A stretch of DNA of 64,000 bases from Candidatus Adlerbacteria bacterium (GCA_029288895.1 JARIGK010000004.1:175866-239865); one strand, 5' to 3'; positions 29,605 through 39,249 are shown, counted from the stretch's first letter. The notes: a model not told the origin generated them from the sequence alone. Program-made: numbers and translations.

Positions 29605-29997
29605 TTATTTCTGTGGTGCGGTGGCGCGCCAGTAATGGCCATGTTCCGACAAGTGCACTATTTTTAGTGTTTGTGCGGCGGGGCCAATGAAGATCTCGAC
29701 CGTATGCTCTGGGTTGATATAGACCTGCGCTCCTTCCTCTGATGTTCGGATCCGTGACACGAGTTTGCACCCGATCTCGTCGTCCGAATAGAGTGCCATA
29801 GCCATGTCCACGTCGATATATGTCGCATTCACAGGGTCCTGCGCGACGCCTCCATTTTTTATCGTAAGGGCAGCGCGATGCGTATCGCGCCCTTGGAGAG
29901 AGTCGCACTGGAATTTTCCTGATTCAGGAATTCCCCAGTACATGAGTGCAAGAACCGAGCCGCTAACGCCAGCTATCTGCGCAAGTGTGCCAAACAT
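29605..29997 (-). CDS. Hypothetical protein with N-terminal hydrophobic segment
   Basis: Likely start ATG 29997 (MFGTLAQ) preceded by GGGGG; convergent hairpin at 29570-29590. Confidence 0.55.
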   Translation of the reverse strand: MFGTLAQIAGVSGSVLALMYWGIPESGKFQCDSLQGRDTHRAALTIKNGGVAQDPVNATYIDVDMAMALYSDDEIGCKLVSRIRTSEEGAQVYINPEHTVEIFIGPAAQTLKIVHLSEHGHYWRATAPQK

Positions 29998-30079
29998 ACA
30001 TAACCCCCGATTGGAAAGAACAACTCTACAATTCTGCACTCGTGCTCCCAAAGGTGGCATGAAGAGAATATGGCCACAT

Positions 30080-30108
30080 TTGACAAAATCATTGCAATAT
30101 ATTATTAT
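30080..30108 (+). promoter_or_regulatory. sigma70 promoter of the DEAD-box helicase gene
   Basis: TTGACA-17 nt-TATTAT, 8 nt before ATG 30117. Confidence 0.7.
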
Positions 30109-30116
30109 TGTTGGCA

Positions 30117-31418
30117 ATGCCAGAACGCAGTCATACAAAGCCGTTTAGCGGCCGCCGTTTCGGAAAGAAGCCTGGAAACAGGGCTTTTTCGACATCGCGT
30201 CCGTCGTACGGTGGAAGCCGCCCTTCATTTGGCGGTGGTCGCCCGCAGTTTAAGAAGCGCCCATTTTCAGGTGGCGCTAAGGGTGGCTCTCGCGGCGGTT
30301 TCAAAGGAGGTTCCTTCTTTGACCTTTCGCAATTCGTAAACAAAGCGGTCATCACCGAAGAAGTTGAGAAGTTTATCCCCGAACACAAGTTTACCGATTT
30401 CCACATCGAACCGCGTTTGAAAGACGCAATTGTGTCGAAGGGCTATATCGCGCCGACCCCAATTCAGGATCGCGCTATTCCGCATGTGTTGATGGGCCAG
30501 GATGTCGTGGGTATTGCAAACACGGGTACCGGCAAGACAGCAACATTCCTCATCCCGCTCATCAATAAAATTTTGAAAAATAAAAACGAGCGTGTGCTCG
30601 TGATGGTGCCGACGCGCGAACTTGCGGTGCAAATAGGCGACGAACTTCGCGGCTTTACGCCAGGCCTCGGTATCTACTCGGCCATTTGCGTGGGTGGTGC
30701 AAGCATCGGCCCGCAGATTTCGCAGCTCCGCCGCCGCCCCAACTTTGTTATTGGTACTCCTGGCCGCCTCAAAGATTTGCTCGAGCGCCGTGCACTCAAC
30801 CTTTCTGACTTTGGCACCGCAGTCTTGGACGAAGCAGACCGCATGCTCGACATGGGCTTCATTAATGATATGAAGACTATTCTCGCACTTTTGCCGAGCC
30901 CTCGCCATACGCTCTTCTTCTCGGCGACGTTGTCGAAAGAAATCGAAAATCTCATTGGCCAGTTCTTGAAAGAACCGGTCCGTATCTCCGTCAAAACACG
31001 AGAGACCTCGGCCTCAATCGACCAGGACGTTGTCCGCGTACCGAAGGGTGGCGATAAGCTCACTGTGCTCCACGACCTGCTTCTTAAGCCTGGGTTTGAA
31101 AAGGTGCTTATCTTCGGCCGCACCAAACACGGCGTCGAGAAGCTTTCCAAGATGCTTGTACAGCGCGGATTTAAATCAGAATCGATCCACGGCAATAAAA
31201 CCCAAAATGCACGCCAGCGCGCACTTGATGGGTTCAAAAAAGGCCACACTAACATTTTGGTTGCGACAGACGTTGCAGCCCGTGGGTTGGATATCTCGGG
31301 TGTTTCTCACGTCATCAACTACGACTTGCCAGCGTCGCGCGAAGACTACGTCCACCGCATCGGCCGCACGGGTCGTGCAGGCAAGCGCGGTATGGCGCTC
31401 ACCTTTATCGAGGCGTAA
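30117..31418 (+). CDS. DEAD-box RNA helicase
   Basis: Q motif, ANTGTGKT, PTRELA, DEAD, SAT, ARGLD, HRIGRTGR. Confidence 0.96.
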   Translation: MPERSHTKPFSGRRFGKKPGNRAFSTSRPSYGGSRPSFGGGRPQFKKRPFSGGAKGGSRGGFKGGSFFDLSQFVNKAVITEEVEKFIPEHKFTDFHIEPRLKDAIVSKGYIAPTPIQDRAIPHVLMGQDVVGIANTGTGKTATFLIPLINKILKNKNERVLVMVPTRELAVQIGDELRGFTPGLGIYSAICVGGASIGPQISQLRRRPNFVIGTPGRLKDLLERRALNLSDFGTAVLDEADRMLDMGFINDMKTILALLPSPRHTLFFSATLSKEIENLIGQFLKEPVRISVKTRETSASIDQDVVRVPKGGDKLTVLHDLLLKPGFEKVLIFGRTKHGVEKLSKMLVQRGFKSESIHGNKTQNARQRALDGFKKGHTNILVATDVAARGLDISGVSHVINYDLPASREDYVHRIGRTGRAGKRGMALTFIEA

Positions 31419-31448
31419 CGTCCTGGCTTTCAGCGAACAACAAACCGT

Positions 31449-31739
31449 ATGAAAAACACGAAAGTAAAACCTAAAATTGTAAAAGCTACGAAAGTAGTAA
31501 AGAAGGGGAGCATTGTTAAAAAAGCTCTCATGGCTAAGCCGTTGGCAGGTGAGCCGATGCGCCCCAACGCGCAGCTCCAGGGCCCGCACAAAACTTTCCA
31601 GCAAGACGGCCACTGGATCGAAAAGCCAAACAAGACGCAGATCCTTATCTGCACCTGCGGCAACCGCTACTTGAAGACCCGCCCTCGCCAAGAAAAGTGC
31701 CTCCGCTGCGTCTCCGCAACCCTCACCATCCGCCGCTAA
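31449..31739 (+). CDS. Small basic protein with C-terminal CxC...CxxC zinc ribbon
   Basis: Lys-rich N-terminus; ICTCGNRYLKTR...CLRC; followed by a terminator. Confidence 0.65.
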   Translation: MKNTKVKPKIVKATKVVKKGSIVKKALMAKPLAGEPMRPNAQLQGPHKTFQQDGHWIEKPNKTQILICTCGNRYLKTRPRQEKCLRCVSATLTIRR

Positions 31740-31763
31740 AACTCCCCTTCTCGGGGAGTTTTT
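31738..31763 (+). terminator. Intrinsic terminator
   Basis: AAAACTCCCC-ttctc-GGGGAGTTTT. Confidence 0.8.
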
Positions 31764-31851
31764 GTTTTGTCGAGGACGGTCCTCGACATTCGCAATTTTT
31801 GAAGTGTCTGGTATTGTCTCAAACAGATTTCTTTTAGATAGGGAGACAGCA

Positions 31852-32679
31852 ATGGGTAGAGTCTTTTCGTGGCCTGATATTGAAGCGGGCCAGATTCCAA
31901 AAATTACTGATTTTCCGGTGGTTGTTCGACATATACGGAAGGTCATTGAAGCCGAAGATTCAATCGCAGGAGCCCTTCTTTGTGGTTCCGTACTGCGCGG
32001 TGATCACAATTGCCGAAGCGACATCGACTGTGTCGTGATCTATAACACTAAGTCTGAGCGCAGGGCTATGGAAGTGCTGCAGGGCATAACCGAGTTTGCA
32101 TCAAAGCGGTACGTGCCTGTTGGGTTTGTCCCGTGTGACTCGTCTACGGTGCTGACGAGGTTCCACCATTTGGGCCCTGCATTCTGTATCCATTTGCAGA
32201 CAGCGATACAGAATGGCGGTGTCATTAGCGCGAACCCTCTTGATCTTTTAGGTGAAGAAGGCGGCGATATGATTTCAGAGGTTGAGTGGTACCTTCGAAC
32301 TAAGCTTTATCGTCTCCAAGAGGGCCTCGCAAAATATCCTTCCATGTCGATGGAACGGAAGTGCGGGTTCTTGCAAAAATCGCTTGAAGCTCCGTCACAT
32401 GTAGCCCGTAAAATGCTTCACTTGTTCGACAAGGACAAGAATGATTCAAAGAAGGCCATCGTCGACAGATACTGTGCCGTTATGCCGCATGAACTTGGTC
32501 AACGTCTTGTGTTTCTAACCTCGACTGATGCGGACTATACAAGACGGCTGCGTGAGCAACTCAAGCATCCTGATAGGGAACAGTATCAAGATGCATGGGA
32601 GATCATCGAACAAACCCCTTACTGGGCGCTTAACTTCCTTCGGGAAAGTATTGTTCAAGTAAACAAGCTTCGCGCGTAA
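31852..32679 (+). CDS. Pol-beta-superfamily nucleotidyltransferase domain protein
   Basis: GALLCGSVLRGDHNCRSDIDCVV (hGS-x10-DhDh); helical C-terminal domain; SD GGGAG. Confidence 0.78.
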   Translation: MGRVFSWPDIEAGQIPKITDFPVVVRHIRKVIEAEDSIAGALLCGSVLRGDHNCRSDIDCVVIYNTKSERRAMEVLQGITEFASKRYVPVGFVPCDSSTVLTRFHHLGPAFCIHLQTAIQNGGVISANPLDLLGEEGGDMISEVEWYLRTKLYRLQEGLAKYPSMSMERKCGFLQKSLEAPSHVARKMLHLFDKDKNDSKKAIVDRYCAVMPHELGQRLVFLTSTDADYTRRLREQLKHPDREQYQDAWEIIEQTPYWALNFLRESIVQVNKLRA

Positions 32680-32711
32680 TGTGCGGGGCTTTTTCTTTTC
32701 CACAGTCCCGC

Positions 32712-32751
32712 TTGCATTATTTTACCTAGTACCTTAGTATAAAAAGGTACT
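32712..32751 (+). promoter_or_regulatory. padR promoter with overlapping operator palindrome
   Basis: TTGCAT-17-TAGTAT; perfect inverted repeat AGTACCTT-N8-AAGGTACT (32728-32751). Confidence 0.7.
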
Positions 32752-32761
32752 GAATTTAGAT

Positions 32762-33100
32762 ATGGCAGAAGACACCGACAAAGATGTATTTAGCCCGCTT
32801 CGCAAAGGCTTGCTTGAGCTCGTTGTACTCAAGGTAATTTCTGCGCGCCGCGCATACGCTGCTGATATTTTGGCGCGCTTGGCAGAGACCGAATTTGCGA
32901 CACAAGAAGGGACGCTGTATCCGCTGCTGTCGAAGCTGCGCCGCGACGGGGCCGTCGACTATGAATGGGTCGAATCGGAACAAGGCCCGCCGCGCAAATA
33001 TTATTCTCTGACGGCAAAAGGCAAAGAGAGGGCAGACGAATTGGACACCTATTGGAAGACATTACACGAAACAATTATCAAACTTAGTAAAAAAGCATGA
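32762..33100 (+). CDS. PadR family transcriptional regulator
   Basis: LRKGLLEL, EGTLYPLLSKL, GPPRKYYSLT. Confidence 0.94.
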   Translation: MAEDTDKDVFSPLRKGLLELVVLKVISARRAYAADILARLAETEFATQEGTLYPLLSKLRRDGAVDYEWVESEQGPPRKYYSLTAKGKERADELDTYWKTLHETIIKLSKKA

Positions 33101-34014
33101 ACAAGGTTGTAACAGTTAACTTAAATGGGCGCTCGTACGAGTTCGAGGAAGGCGCATACGATGCATTGCGCCGCTACTTGGATGCTGCCGAACATAAGCT
33201 CGCCGATAACCCCGACAAGCAGGAAATCCTGTCCGACTTGGAGCAGGCTATTGCTGAAAAGTGCGACCTCTACCGAACTCCGCACAAAAACGTAATCATT
33301 GGGGCTGATATGGACGCAGTGCTCAAACAGATGGGCGATGTTGATGGCGAGCAGGGTGAGCATGCGTCGCACGAAGGCGCGCATACTGGTACGCACACGC
33401 CGCGCCGCTTGTACCGCCTGCACGAGGGCCGTGTCTTCCTTGGCGTTTGTTCTGGGTTGGCTGCGTATTTTAATGTCGACGTCACACTCATCCGCGTGTT
33501 GTTTGTGATCTTGGCATTTATCACGCACGGCGGGTTTGCGTTTGGGTATGTGCTCATCGGTATCTTTATCCCTGAAGCCGACACGCCCGAGCAAAAAGCG
33601 CAGGCCTATGGCGCAGCATCAGTCACCGCAAACGACCTCATCAACCGCGCACACAAAACATACGAAGATTTTAAAAACAGCCGCGATTGGCATAAAGCGA
33701 CTCATGACGCTCATGAAATTCGCAAACAAGCCGCTGAGCACGCAAAAGAATGGAAGCAGATGTGGAAGGCAGAGCGCCGCAAACAGCGCCGCCAACACCG
33801 CGCCTATTCGTACAACTATCAATACCGCATGTCGCCCATGTGGGAGGCAGTGCACTCAATAATCGGGATGGCGTGGTTCCTCCTTATTGTGTATGTGGGC
33901 TGGCTGCTCTATACCCATGTGCCTGCAGCACACCATGATATCGACGTCATAGCAGCATGGCTCCACGGTTTGTTGCTCCATATAGGGTCGTGGGTCGCCG
34001 CGCGTATCCACTAG
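33097..34014 (+). CDS. PspC domain-containing membrane protein
   Basis: RRLYRLHEGRVFLGVCSGLAAYFNVD; coupled to padR. Confidence 0.92.
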   Translation: MNKVVTVNLNGRSYEFEEGAYDALRRYLDAAEHKLADNPDKQEILSDLEQAIAEKCDLYRTPHKNVIIGADMDAVLKQMGDVDGEQGEHASHEGAHTGTHTPRRLYRLHEGRVFLGVCSGLAAYFNVDVTLIRVLFVILAFITHGGFAFGYVLIGIFIPEADTPEQKAQAYGAASVTANDLINRAHKTYEDFKNSRDWHKATHDAHEIRKQAAEHAKEWKQMWKAERRKQRRQHRAYSYNYQYRMSPMWEAVHSIIGMAWFLLIVYVGWLLYTHVPAAHHDIDVIAAWLHGLLLHIGSWVAARIH

Positions 34015-34054
34015 CCGTTTGGGGCAGGGGTAAAAACGGGGGTACTATTGGGGT

Positions 34055-34534
34055 ATGTCACCTGACCAAATCCCGCCCTTGGCTGGCCGCTCGACCATTA
34101 CCACCGTTGTCGTTGTTGTTATCTTGATAGCGCTTTGTCTCGTTGCATGGGCATACCGCAATACACCGCCGTTCTCAAACTTCTTGGGTTCGAGTGTGTC
34201 GAATGTTATGCCTGCCGAAACTGCAAAACCAATAAACACCGTCTCGTACTCGTGCGACCAAAACAAAGTTCTTATCGCACAGTACTATGAGGGTCCGTCG
34301 ACTGTTGCAGCAAACGGTATGCCAATCCCTGGCGGCCATGTGGTGCTCACACTCGCGAACGGTTCGATGATGAGCGTGCCGCAAACCGTTTCTGCAGATG
34401 GTGCACGCTATGCAAATGCAGATGAGTCGTTTGTCTTTTGGAGCAAAGGCAATGGTGCGTTTGTAACCGAAGGTGCAAACCAAACACAGACGTACACCAA
34501 CTGCGTTGTAAAAAGCCAAACCGCTGGGCAGTAG
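34055..34534 (+). CDS. MliC/PliC family lysozyme inhibitor
   Basis: YSCD...QTVSADGARYAN...FWSKGNGAF...YTNC. Confidence 0.85.
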   Translation: MSPDQIPPLAGRSTITTVVVVVILIALCLVAWAYRNTPPFSNFLGSSVSNVMPAETAKPINTVSYSCDQNKVLIAQYYEGPSTVAANGMPIPGGHVVLTLANGSMMSVPQTVSADGARYANADESFVFWSKGNGAFVTEGANQTQTYTNCVVKSQTAGQ

Positions 34535-34597
34535 CATCCATCGCGAAACGCTGTATAGTGATGCCAGTCTGGTCCTAAAGAAAAGAAAGGAGAAAGA

Positions 34598-34954
34598 ATG
34601 GCCTATAGAGGTCAGAAGAATAACCGCCAGAAGCGTTTTGATGATCAGCGATTCCCAGGCAAGGGAAAGCAACGCAAGACGGTGCGGACAGGTGAGCAGG
34701 CTGCGCGCATCAAAGATGCGCAAAGAGCCGCTGTGGCAAAGACAACGGATGTCGACGCTCCAGAGAAGTCCTACAAAAAGGGCGAAACGGTCAGCGTGGA
34801 TGGTTTCCCTTTGGCGTGGTACGTCGGGAAAGCAAAAGAAAAAGGCTATCTGCAGATTCTGGTCTCCGGGCATGAAGATGAAGGGCCTATCCTTGTTGCT
34901 GAAGAGCGCGTTGACGTGTCCGATATCCAAGTGCCATTCCCTCAGAAGATATAA
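34598..34954 (+). CDS. Hypothetical basic protein
   Basis: SD AAGGAG; followed by hairpin GCTCCG/CGGAGC and a T-tract. Confidence 0.6.
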   Translation: MAYRGQKNNRQKRFDDQRFPGKGKQRKTVRTGEQAARIKDAQRAAVAKTTDVDAPEKSYKKGETVSVDGFPLAWYVGKAKEKGYLQILVSGHEDEGPILVAEERVDVSDIQVPFPQKI

Positions 34955-35031
34955 CTCATATGCTCCGCCACGTGCGGAGCGTTTTTTTGTTGGATATTGA
35001 TAGCCGCGTTGCGAGGTATATACTTATATAT

Positions 35032-35337
35032 ATGTATATGCATCACTGGGGCGTGGGGGATATGTGGTTTATTAATATGCCATTTGGGCTTGCTGCATTG
35101 TTTGGCGGCTTGGTATTAGTTGCAGTGCTCTGGTCGATTATTTGGAAGGGCTTGGCGCTCTGGCACAGTGCACGCCGCGGCCAGCCGTGGTGGTTTGTCA
35201 TTATGCTTGTGGTTAACAGCCTCGGCATTTTGGAGATCATCTACCTCTTTGGCGTAGCAAAACTAAAATTTGACCAACTCTTCTCGAAAGACTCGCACCG
35301 CCACAACGACCACACCCACACGCATCACCACAACTAA
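35032..35337 (+). CDS. DUF5652-like small membrane protein with His-rich tail
   Basis: WSIIWKGLALWHSARRGQPWWF...NSLGILEIIYLF. Confidence 0.8.
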   Translation: MYMHHWGVGDMWFINMPFGLAALFGGLVLVAVLWSIIWKGLALWHSARRGQPWWFVIMLVVNSLGILEIIYLFGVAKLKFDQLFSKDSHRHNDHTHTHHHN

Positions 35338-35346
35338 ATAAAGAAA

Positions 35347-35374
35347 AAACCGCCGGGTACAAGCCCGGCGGTTT
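35347..35374. terminator. Terminator hairpin between convergent genes
   Basis: AAACCGCCGGG-tacaag-CCCGGCGGTTT. Confidence 0.75.
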
Positions 35375-35375
35375 G

Positions 35376-35774
35376 CTATCCGCCCGAATAGAGATGCATG
35401 TTGAGGTGCTCGAGCGCCAGAAGAATGGTCCCAGTCTCGATCCGACCCTCCCTGCCGCGCAAGGGTTCGATATCGCTTTCCTCCCAATGGAAGAAATTGA
35501 TGATGTCGCCGATGCTTTCGACCGCGATACCGTTCTTGGTGAGGACACGTTGGAAGTCGGCCCAAAACGTCGTGCCCATCGGGAACCTCTTCAGCTCCTC
35601 GAACGTCAGGTGCGTATTGTGGCGGTGAGGCGTGGGCCAGAGCGCATCATCGAGGTCGGCGTGTACCATCCCCAGATAGTGCGTGATGAGCAGATTCAAT
35701 ACCCGCTTTTGCTCGCTCGCCTGGTCGAGAACCTGGCCAGGCTGCGGAGGCGAGATAGGGTACACATTGGTCAT
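35376..35774 (-). CDS. Hypothetical protein
   Basis: 132 aa; SD AAGGGG; ends at the terminator. Confidence 0.55.
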   Translation of the reverse strand: MTNVYPISPPQPGQVLDQASEQKRVLNLLITHYLGMVHADLDDALWPTPHRHNTHLTFEELKRFPMGTTFWADFQRVLTKNGIAVESIGDIINFFHWEESDIEPLRGREGRIETGTILLALEHLNMHLYSGG

Positions 35775-35822
35775 GAGAATCCCCTTGTGTGTTTCGTCTG
35801 CGGCAACTGTAGCAACAGAAGT

Positions 35823-36428
35823 TTATTTCGACAACTGAGGAGGTAATGTTCGAAACGTGATTGAATAGCGCAGGTCGGGGACAGGCATGACACTATGCTG
35901 CCATTCCCATCGCACCTGGCCTTGCATAATGTAGGCCGAGCGCGGCTCAAGTTCGAGGGTGATGATGTCGTTTTTATTTCTACTGCGAAGCGGGCGGAAG
36001 CGGATGCGCGACCAGCTACCAAGCGAAATGCCAACGATTGTCTCAAACGACTCATTGTCGACGTGCCAGCCTAATTGTGTCCCTTTTGAGTATTCGGTAA
36101 TCAAGGCTTCTGCGACGCGGCGCTTTTCAATCCCCAGCCACTTAGCGATTTTGTACTGCACAGGTTTTAAAAACGTTGGCAGTTCGGGCCCTGGGACGAG
36201 TCGATTCTTCCGGAAGTCGAACGACCACCCAAAGTTCATAATGCGGCGGTTGGCTGTGTACTCGCGGTACGGCGCATGGAAGAGGGGTAGGTTGCCGATG
36301 TAGGCCAACAAAATCTCTTCTTCATCCCGCGTCAGAAAATCCGGCTTGTATACAAGGCCGTTTGGCAGTGAGCGGGGTGTATCAAAGAGGATGAGTTGGT
36401 TGTTGGTGCGGTTCACGGTGTTATCCAC
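35823..36428 (-). CDS. AlkB-like 2OG-Fe(II) dioxygenase
   Basis: LITEY...GWHVD (HxD), VGISLG, WQHSV, RYSITFR. Confidence 0.9.
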   Translation of the reverse strand: MDNTVNRTNNQLILFDTPRSLPNGLVYKPDFLTRDEEEILLAYIGNLPLFHAPYREYTANRRIMNFGWSFDFRKNRLVPGPELPTFLKPVQYKIAKWLGIEKRRVAEALITEYSKGTQLGWHVDNESFETIVGISLGSWSRIRFRPLRSRNKNDIITLELEPRSAYIMQGQVRWEWQHSVMPVPDLRYSITFRTLPPQLSK

Positions 36429-36457
36429 AGATTAGTGTACCTTGTGTATAGTATACA
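36421..36457. promoter_or_regulatory. DnaA-box match and palindrome in the divergent alkB/lexA control region
   Basis: TTATCCACA at 36421-36429; TGTATA-G-TATACA at 36445-36457. Confidence 0.45.
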
Positions 36458-36481
36458 TACATCGCGTGGTAGGATATACAC

Positions 36482-37150
36482 ATGAACATCCAACATCTAC
36501 TAACCTTCAAGCAGCAGCGAGTGCTTGATGCGGTGCGTGAATATATTAATGAGGAAGATAGGTCGCCTACGCTCGAGCAATTGCGTGCAACGCTCGGCTT
36601 TTCGTCACTGCGCACCGTAACCCAGTATTTGGACATCTTGGAGCGGAAGGGCTACATCGTCCGCCGCAAAAATGCTGCGCGTAATATCGAACTGCGCAAC
36701 GTCGATGGTGCGTGGGGGACAGTCTCTATCCCTGTTATTGCCAACGTAGGCTGCGACGACCTTTCTGTTTTTGCACAAAATTCAAACTCGGCTGACGAGT
36801 TTTTGGAAGTCGACAAGCGCATTGTCGATGAAGAGGAAGGCGATATTGTGGCGGTGCGCGCCATCGGCGACAGTATGAATGACGCCGGCATTAACACTGG
36901 CGACTACGTGCTTATTCGCTTTACCAACGACGTGCGTGATGGCGACCGTGTGGCTGCAATCGTCAACGACATGGTGACGGTCAAACGTTTGGAGCGCCGC
37001 GACGGCATGACCATCCTGTGGCCGCAGTCTAAAGACCCGAAATTCAAACCCATCATTTTGAAGGATGATTTTAAAATCGCCGGCAAAGTGCTCTGCGTGA
37101 TCCCAAGCAACCAGATGGAAATGACAGAGGTTGTACCGCTTGAGGATTAA
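36482..37150 (+). CDS. lexA: LexA repressor (atypical cleavage site)
   Basis: Winged HTH (PTLEQLR...LERKGYI), S24 dyad GDSM (S131) / VTVKR (K168). Confidence 0.9.
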   Translation: MNIQHLLTFKQQRVLDAVREYINEEDRSPTLEQLRATLGFSSLRTVTQYLDILERKGYIVRRKNAARNIELRNVDGAWGTVSIPVIANVGCDDLSVFAQNSNSADEFLEVDKRIVDEEEGDIVAVRAIGDSMNDAGINTGDYVLIRFTNDVRDGDRVAAIVNDMVTVKRLERRDGMTILWPQSKDPKFKPIILKDDFKIAGKVLCVIPSNQMEMTEVVPLED

Positions 37151-37173
37151 ACACCCCGAACTATACTGGACGT

Positions 37174-37857
37174 ATGCGGAACCTCTTCCGATGGGCGATA
37201 CTCGGCGTCTTATGCGGCATCCTTATAGGTATTGCTGCGGTCGCATATGTCGATGTTTCAACTGCCCACTCTATCTACGAGCCATCCCAGGCACCCAAAG
37301 CGCAAGTTGCGATGGTGCTTGGTGCGTCTGTCGCATCAAGCGGCAAACTCTCGCCAGTTCTTAAAGAACGTGCCGACGTGGCTGCCTGGCTCTACGAGCA
37401 CCATGTTGTTTCAAAGATATTAGTCACAGGCGACAACTCGACCCTTCAATATGACGAGGTGTATCCGGTGGGCAAATATTTGCTGGCGCTTGGTATCCCG
37501 CAAAAGGATATCTTCCTCGACTATGCAGGGTTTGATACCTATAGCAGTATGTACCGTGCGCGCGACGTCTTCCGCGTAACGTCACTCCTTATTATTTCGC
37601 AGCGCTTCCATTTGCCGCGCGCTATATTTATCGCGCGCTCGCTTGGGCTCGATGCGCGGGGTATTGACGCTGCTGCCCCAGGCGAGAAGTATTTTGTGTA
37701 CTCGCTTCGCGAGATCCCTGCGTCTTTCAAAGCCACGCTCGATGTTTTGTTTGCGCGTACGCCAAAATACCTAGGCGCCCAGTTCCCGGTCTCGGGGAGT
37801 AGTGATGCAACGTGGGTCGGCGGAAGTGCGCAGATGGTATACTTTAAATCTCAATAG
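37174..37857 (+). CDS. SanA/YdcF (DUF218) family protein
   Basis: VLGASV, LVTGDN, DYAGFDTYSSMYRA, SQRFHLPRA, LRE. Confidence 0.9.
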   Translation: MRNLFRWAILGVLCGILIGIAAVAYVDVSTAHSIYEPSQAPKAQVAMVLGASVASSGKLSPVLKERADVAAWLYEHHVVSKILVTGDNSTLQYDEVYPVGKYLLALGIPQKDIFLDYAGFDTYSSMYRARDVFRVTSLLIISQRFHLPRAIFIARSLGLDARGIDAAAPGEKYFVYSLREIPASFKATLDVLFARTPKYLGAQFPVSGSSDATWVGGSAQMVYFKSQ

Positions 37858-37859
37858 GT

Positions 37860-38486
37860 ATGGATAAAGGGCGTCTTGAAGCATTTAGTGACAGCGTATT
37901 TTCAATTGTCATTACGCTTTTCATTTTTAATATCCACGTACCGGAACTCCCGCCGCCTGTGACTGACGCGGCGCTCTGGTCGGCGCTCGGGGCAATGTTC
38001 CCTGTGTTTGCAATCTTCATTACTACCTTTGCCGTACTGTCTGTGTTTTGGATCAACCACCATTTTCTGTTCCACAGCATGGTAAAGACCGTCGATCGCA
38101 GGCTGAACTTGCTTAACCTCGTGTACCTTATGTTTGTGACATTCTTGCCCTTTAGCGCAAGCTTGTTGGGTACCTACCATGCGACGCGCCAACCGGCAGC
38201 TATCATCTACGGGCTCAATGTGCTCGCTATCGTACTTCTTTCGTCAATAATGCTTTCGTACGTGCGGCATCGCCCTGCCATCATGATGGATGATGTGTCG
38301 TCGCGTACGCTCACGCAGGCACGAGTGCGCGGAGGAGTATCGCTGTGCTTGTATGCGCTTGGGCTCGTGTGCACCTTCTTTTCTGCACCGCTAAGCGTCT
38401 TCTTCTACACTGTGCCGGTCGTATTCAACATTATTCCAGGTACGCTCAACCTCGTGGAGCGCATATTTGGATTTACTCTCGTATAA
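37860..38486 (+). CDS. TMEM175 family potassium channel
   Basis: [25 protein letters not shown]. Confidence 0.92.
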   Translation: MDKGRLEAFSDSVFSIVITLFIFNIHVPELPPPVTDAALWSALGAMFPVFAIFITTFAVLSVFWINHHFLFHSMVKTVDRRLNLLNLVYLMFVTFLPFSASLLGTYHATRQPAAIIYGLNVLAIVLLSSIMLSYVRHRPAIMMDDVSSRTLTQARVRGGVSLCLYALGLVCTFFSAPLSVFFYTVPVVFNIIPGTLNLVERIFGFTLV

Positions 38487-38508
38487 CCTGGTTTGCTATA
38501 CTGACCAT

Positions 38509-38886
38509 ATGGATGAAAAAGAATTTAAAGACAAACTAACGCCCGAGCAGTACGAAGTCCTCCGCCAAAAGGGGACCGAGGCGCCGTTTAGCGGCAAGCT
38601 TTTGCACGAGAAACGCGACGGCATGTATGCGTGTGCCGCGTGCGGCAACCAGCTCTTTTCGTCAGATACTAAATTTGATTCTGGCACGGGTTGGCCATCG
38701 TTCGACCAGGCTATTCCAGGGTCCACCAAAATTATCGAAGACACCTCGCATGGTATGCACCGGGAAGAGGTGGTGTGCGCGCGTTGTGGCTCGCACTTGG
38801 GCCATGTCTTTAACGACGGCCCTACGGAAACAGGTAAGCGCTACTGCATCAATTCGGTCTGTTTGGACCTAGAGGCAAAGGAGTAG
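38509..38886 (+). CDS. msrB: Peptide-methionine (R)-S-oxide reductase
   Basis: [40 protein letters not shown]. Confidence 0.97.
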   Translation: MDEKEFKDKLTPEQYEVLRQKGTEAPFSGKLLHEKRDGMYACAACGNQLFSSDTKFDSGTGWPSFDQAIPGSTKIIEDTSHGMHREEVVCARCGSHLGHVFNDGPTETGKRYCINSVCLDLEAKE

Positions 38887-38946
38887 CCAAGCCCGAGGAG
38901 GGCGGTATACTAAAGAGGTACTCACTAACTTTGTAGTTTTTTACCT

Positions 38947-39249
38947 ATGACTCTTGCAATACGTTGGATTATCGCGATTATTGTTTTGGCAGCCTTGGGC
39001 TGGCTTGTATGGTGGAGCGGTTGGCTCACGCCTAAAACGCCAGGCACGCCCATGGGCCAGGCTACAACTGCGTCTACGACTCCTACCACTCAACAGGACG
39101 CGCCTATTAATGGCATGAGCGCATCAAACGATGCCTCTGATGCTGCTGTGGCACAGGACACTGCAGCAATCGATGCGCAGATGAATGCATACACAACAGA
39201 TACCTCGGGCGTTGACTCGAGCATGAACGATAAAGCTATCAGCCAGTAA
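38947..39249 (+). CDS. Small membrane-anchored hypothetical protein
   Basis: N-terminal TM; acidic C-terminal helix DTAAIDAQM. Confidence 0.72.
   Translation: MTLAIRWIIAIIVLAALGWLVWWSGWLTPKTPGTPMGQATTASTTPTTQQDAPINGMSASNDASDAAVAQDTAAIDAQMNAYTTDTSGVDSSMNDKAISQ

Noticed and set aside
36421-36429. oriC
   Set aside because: A single DnaA box with no box cluster, unwinding element or dnaA/dnaN nearby.
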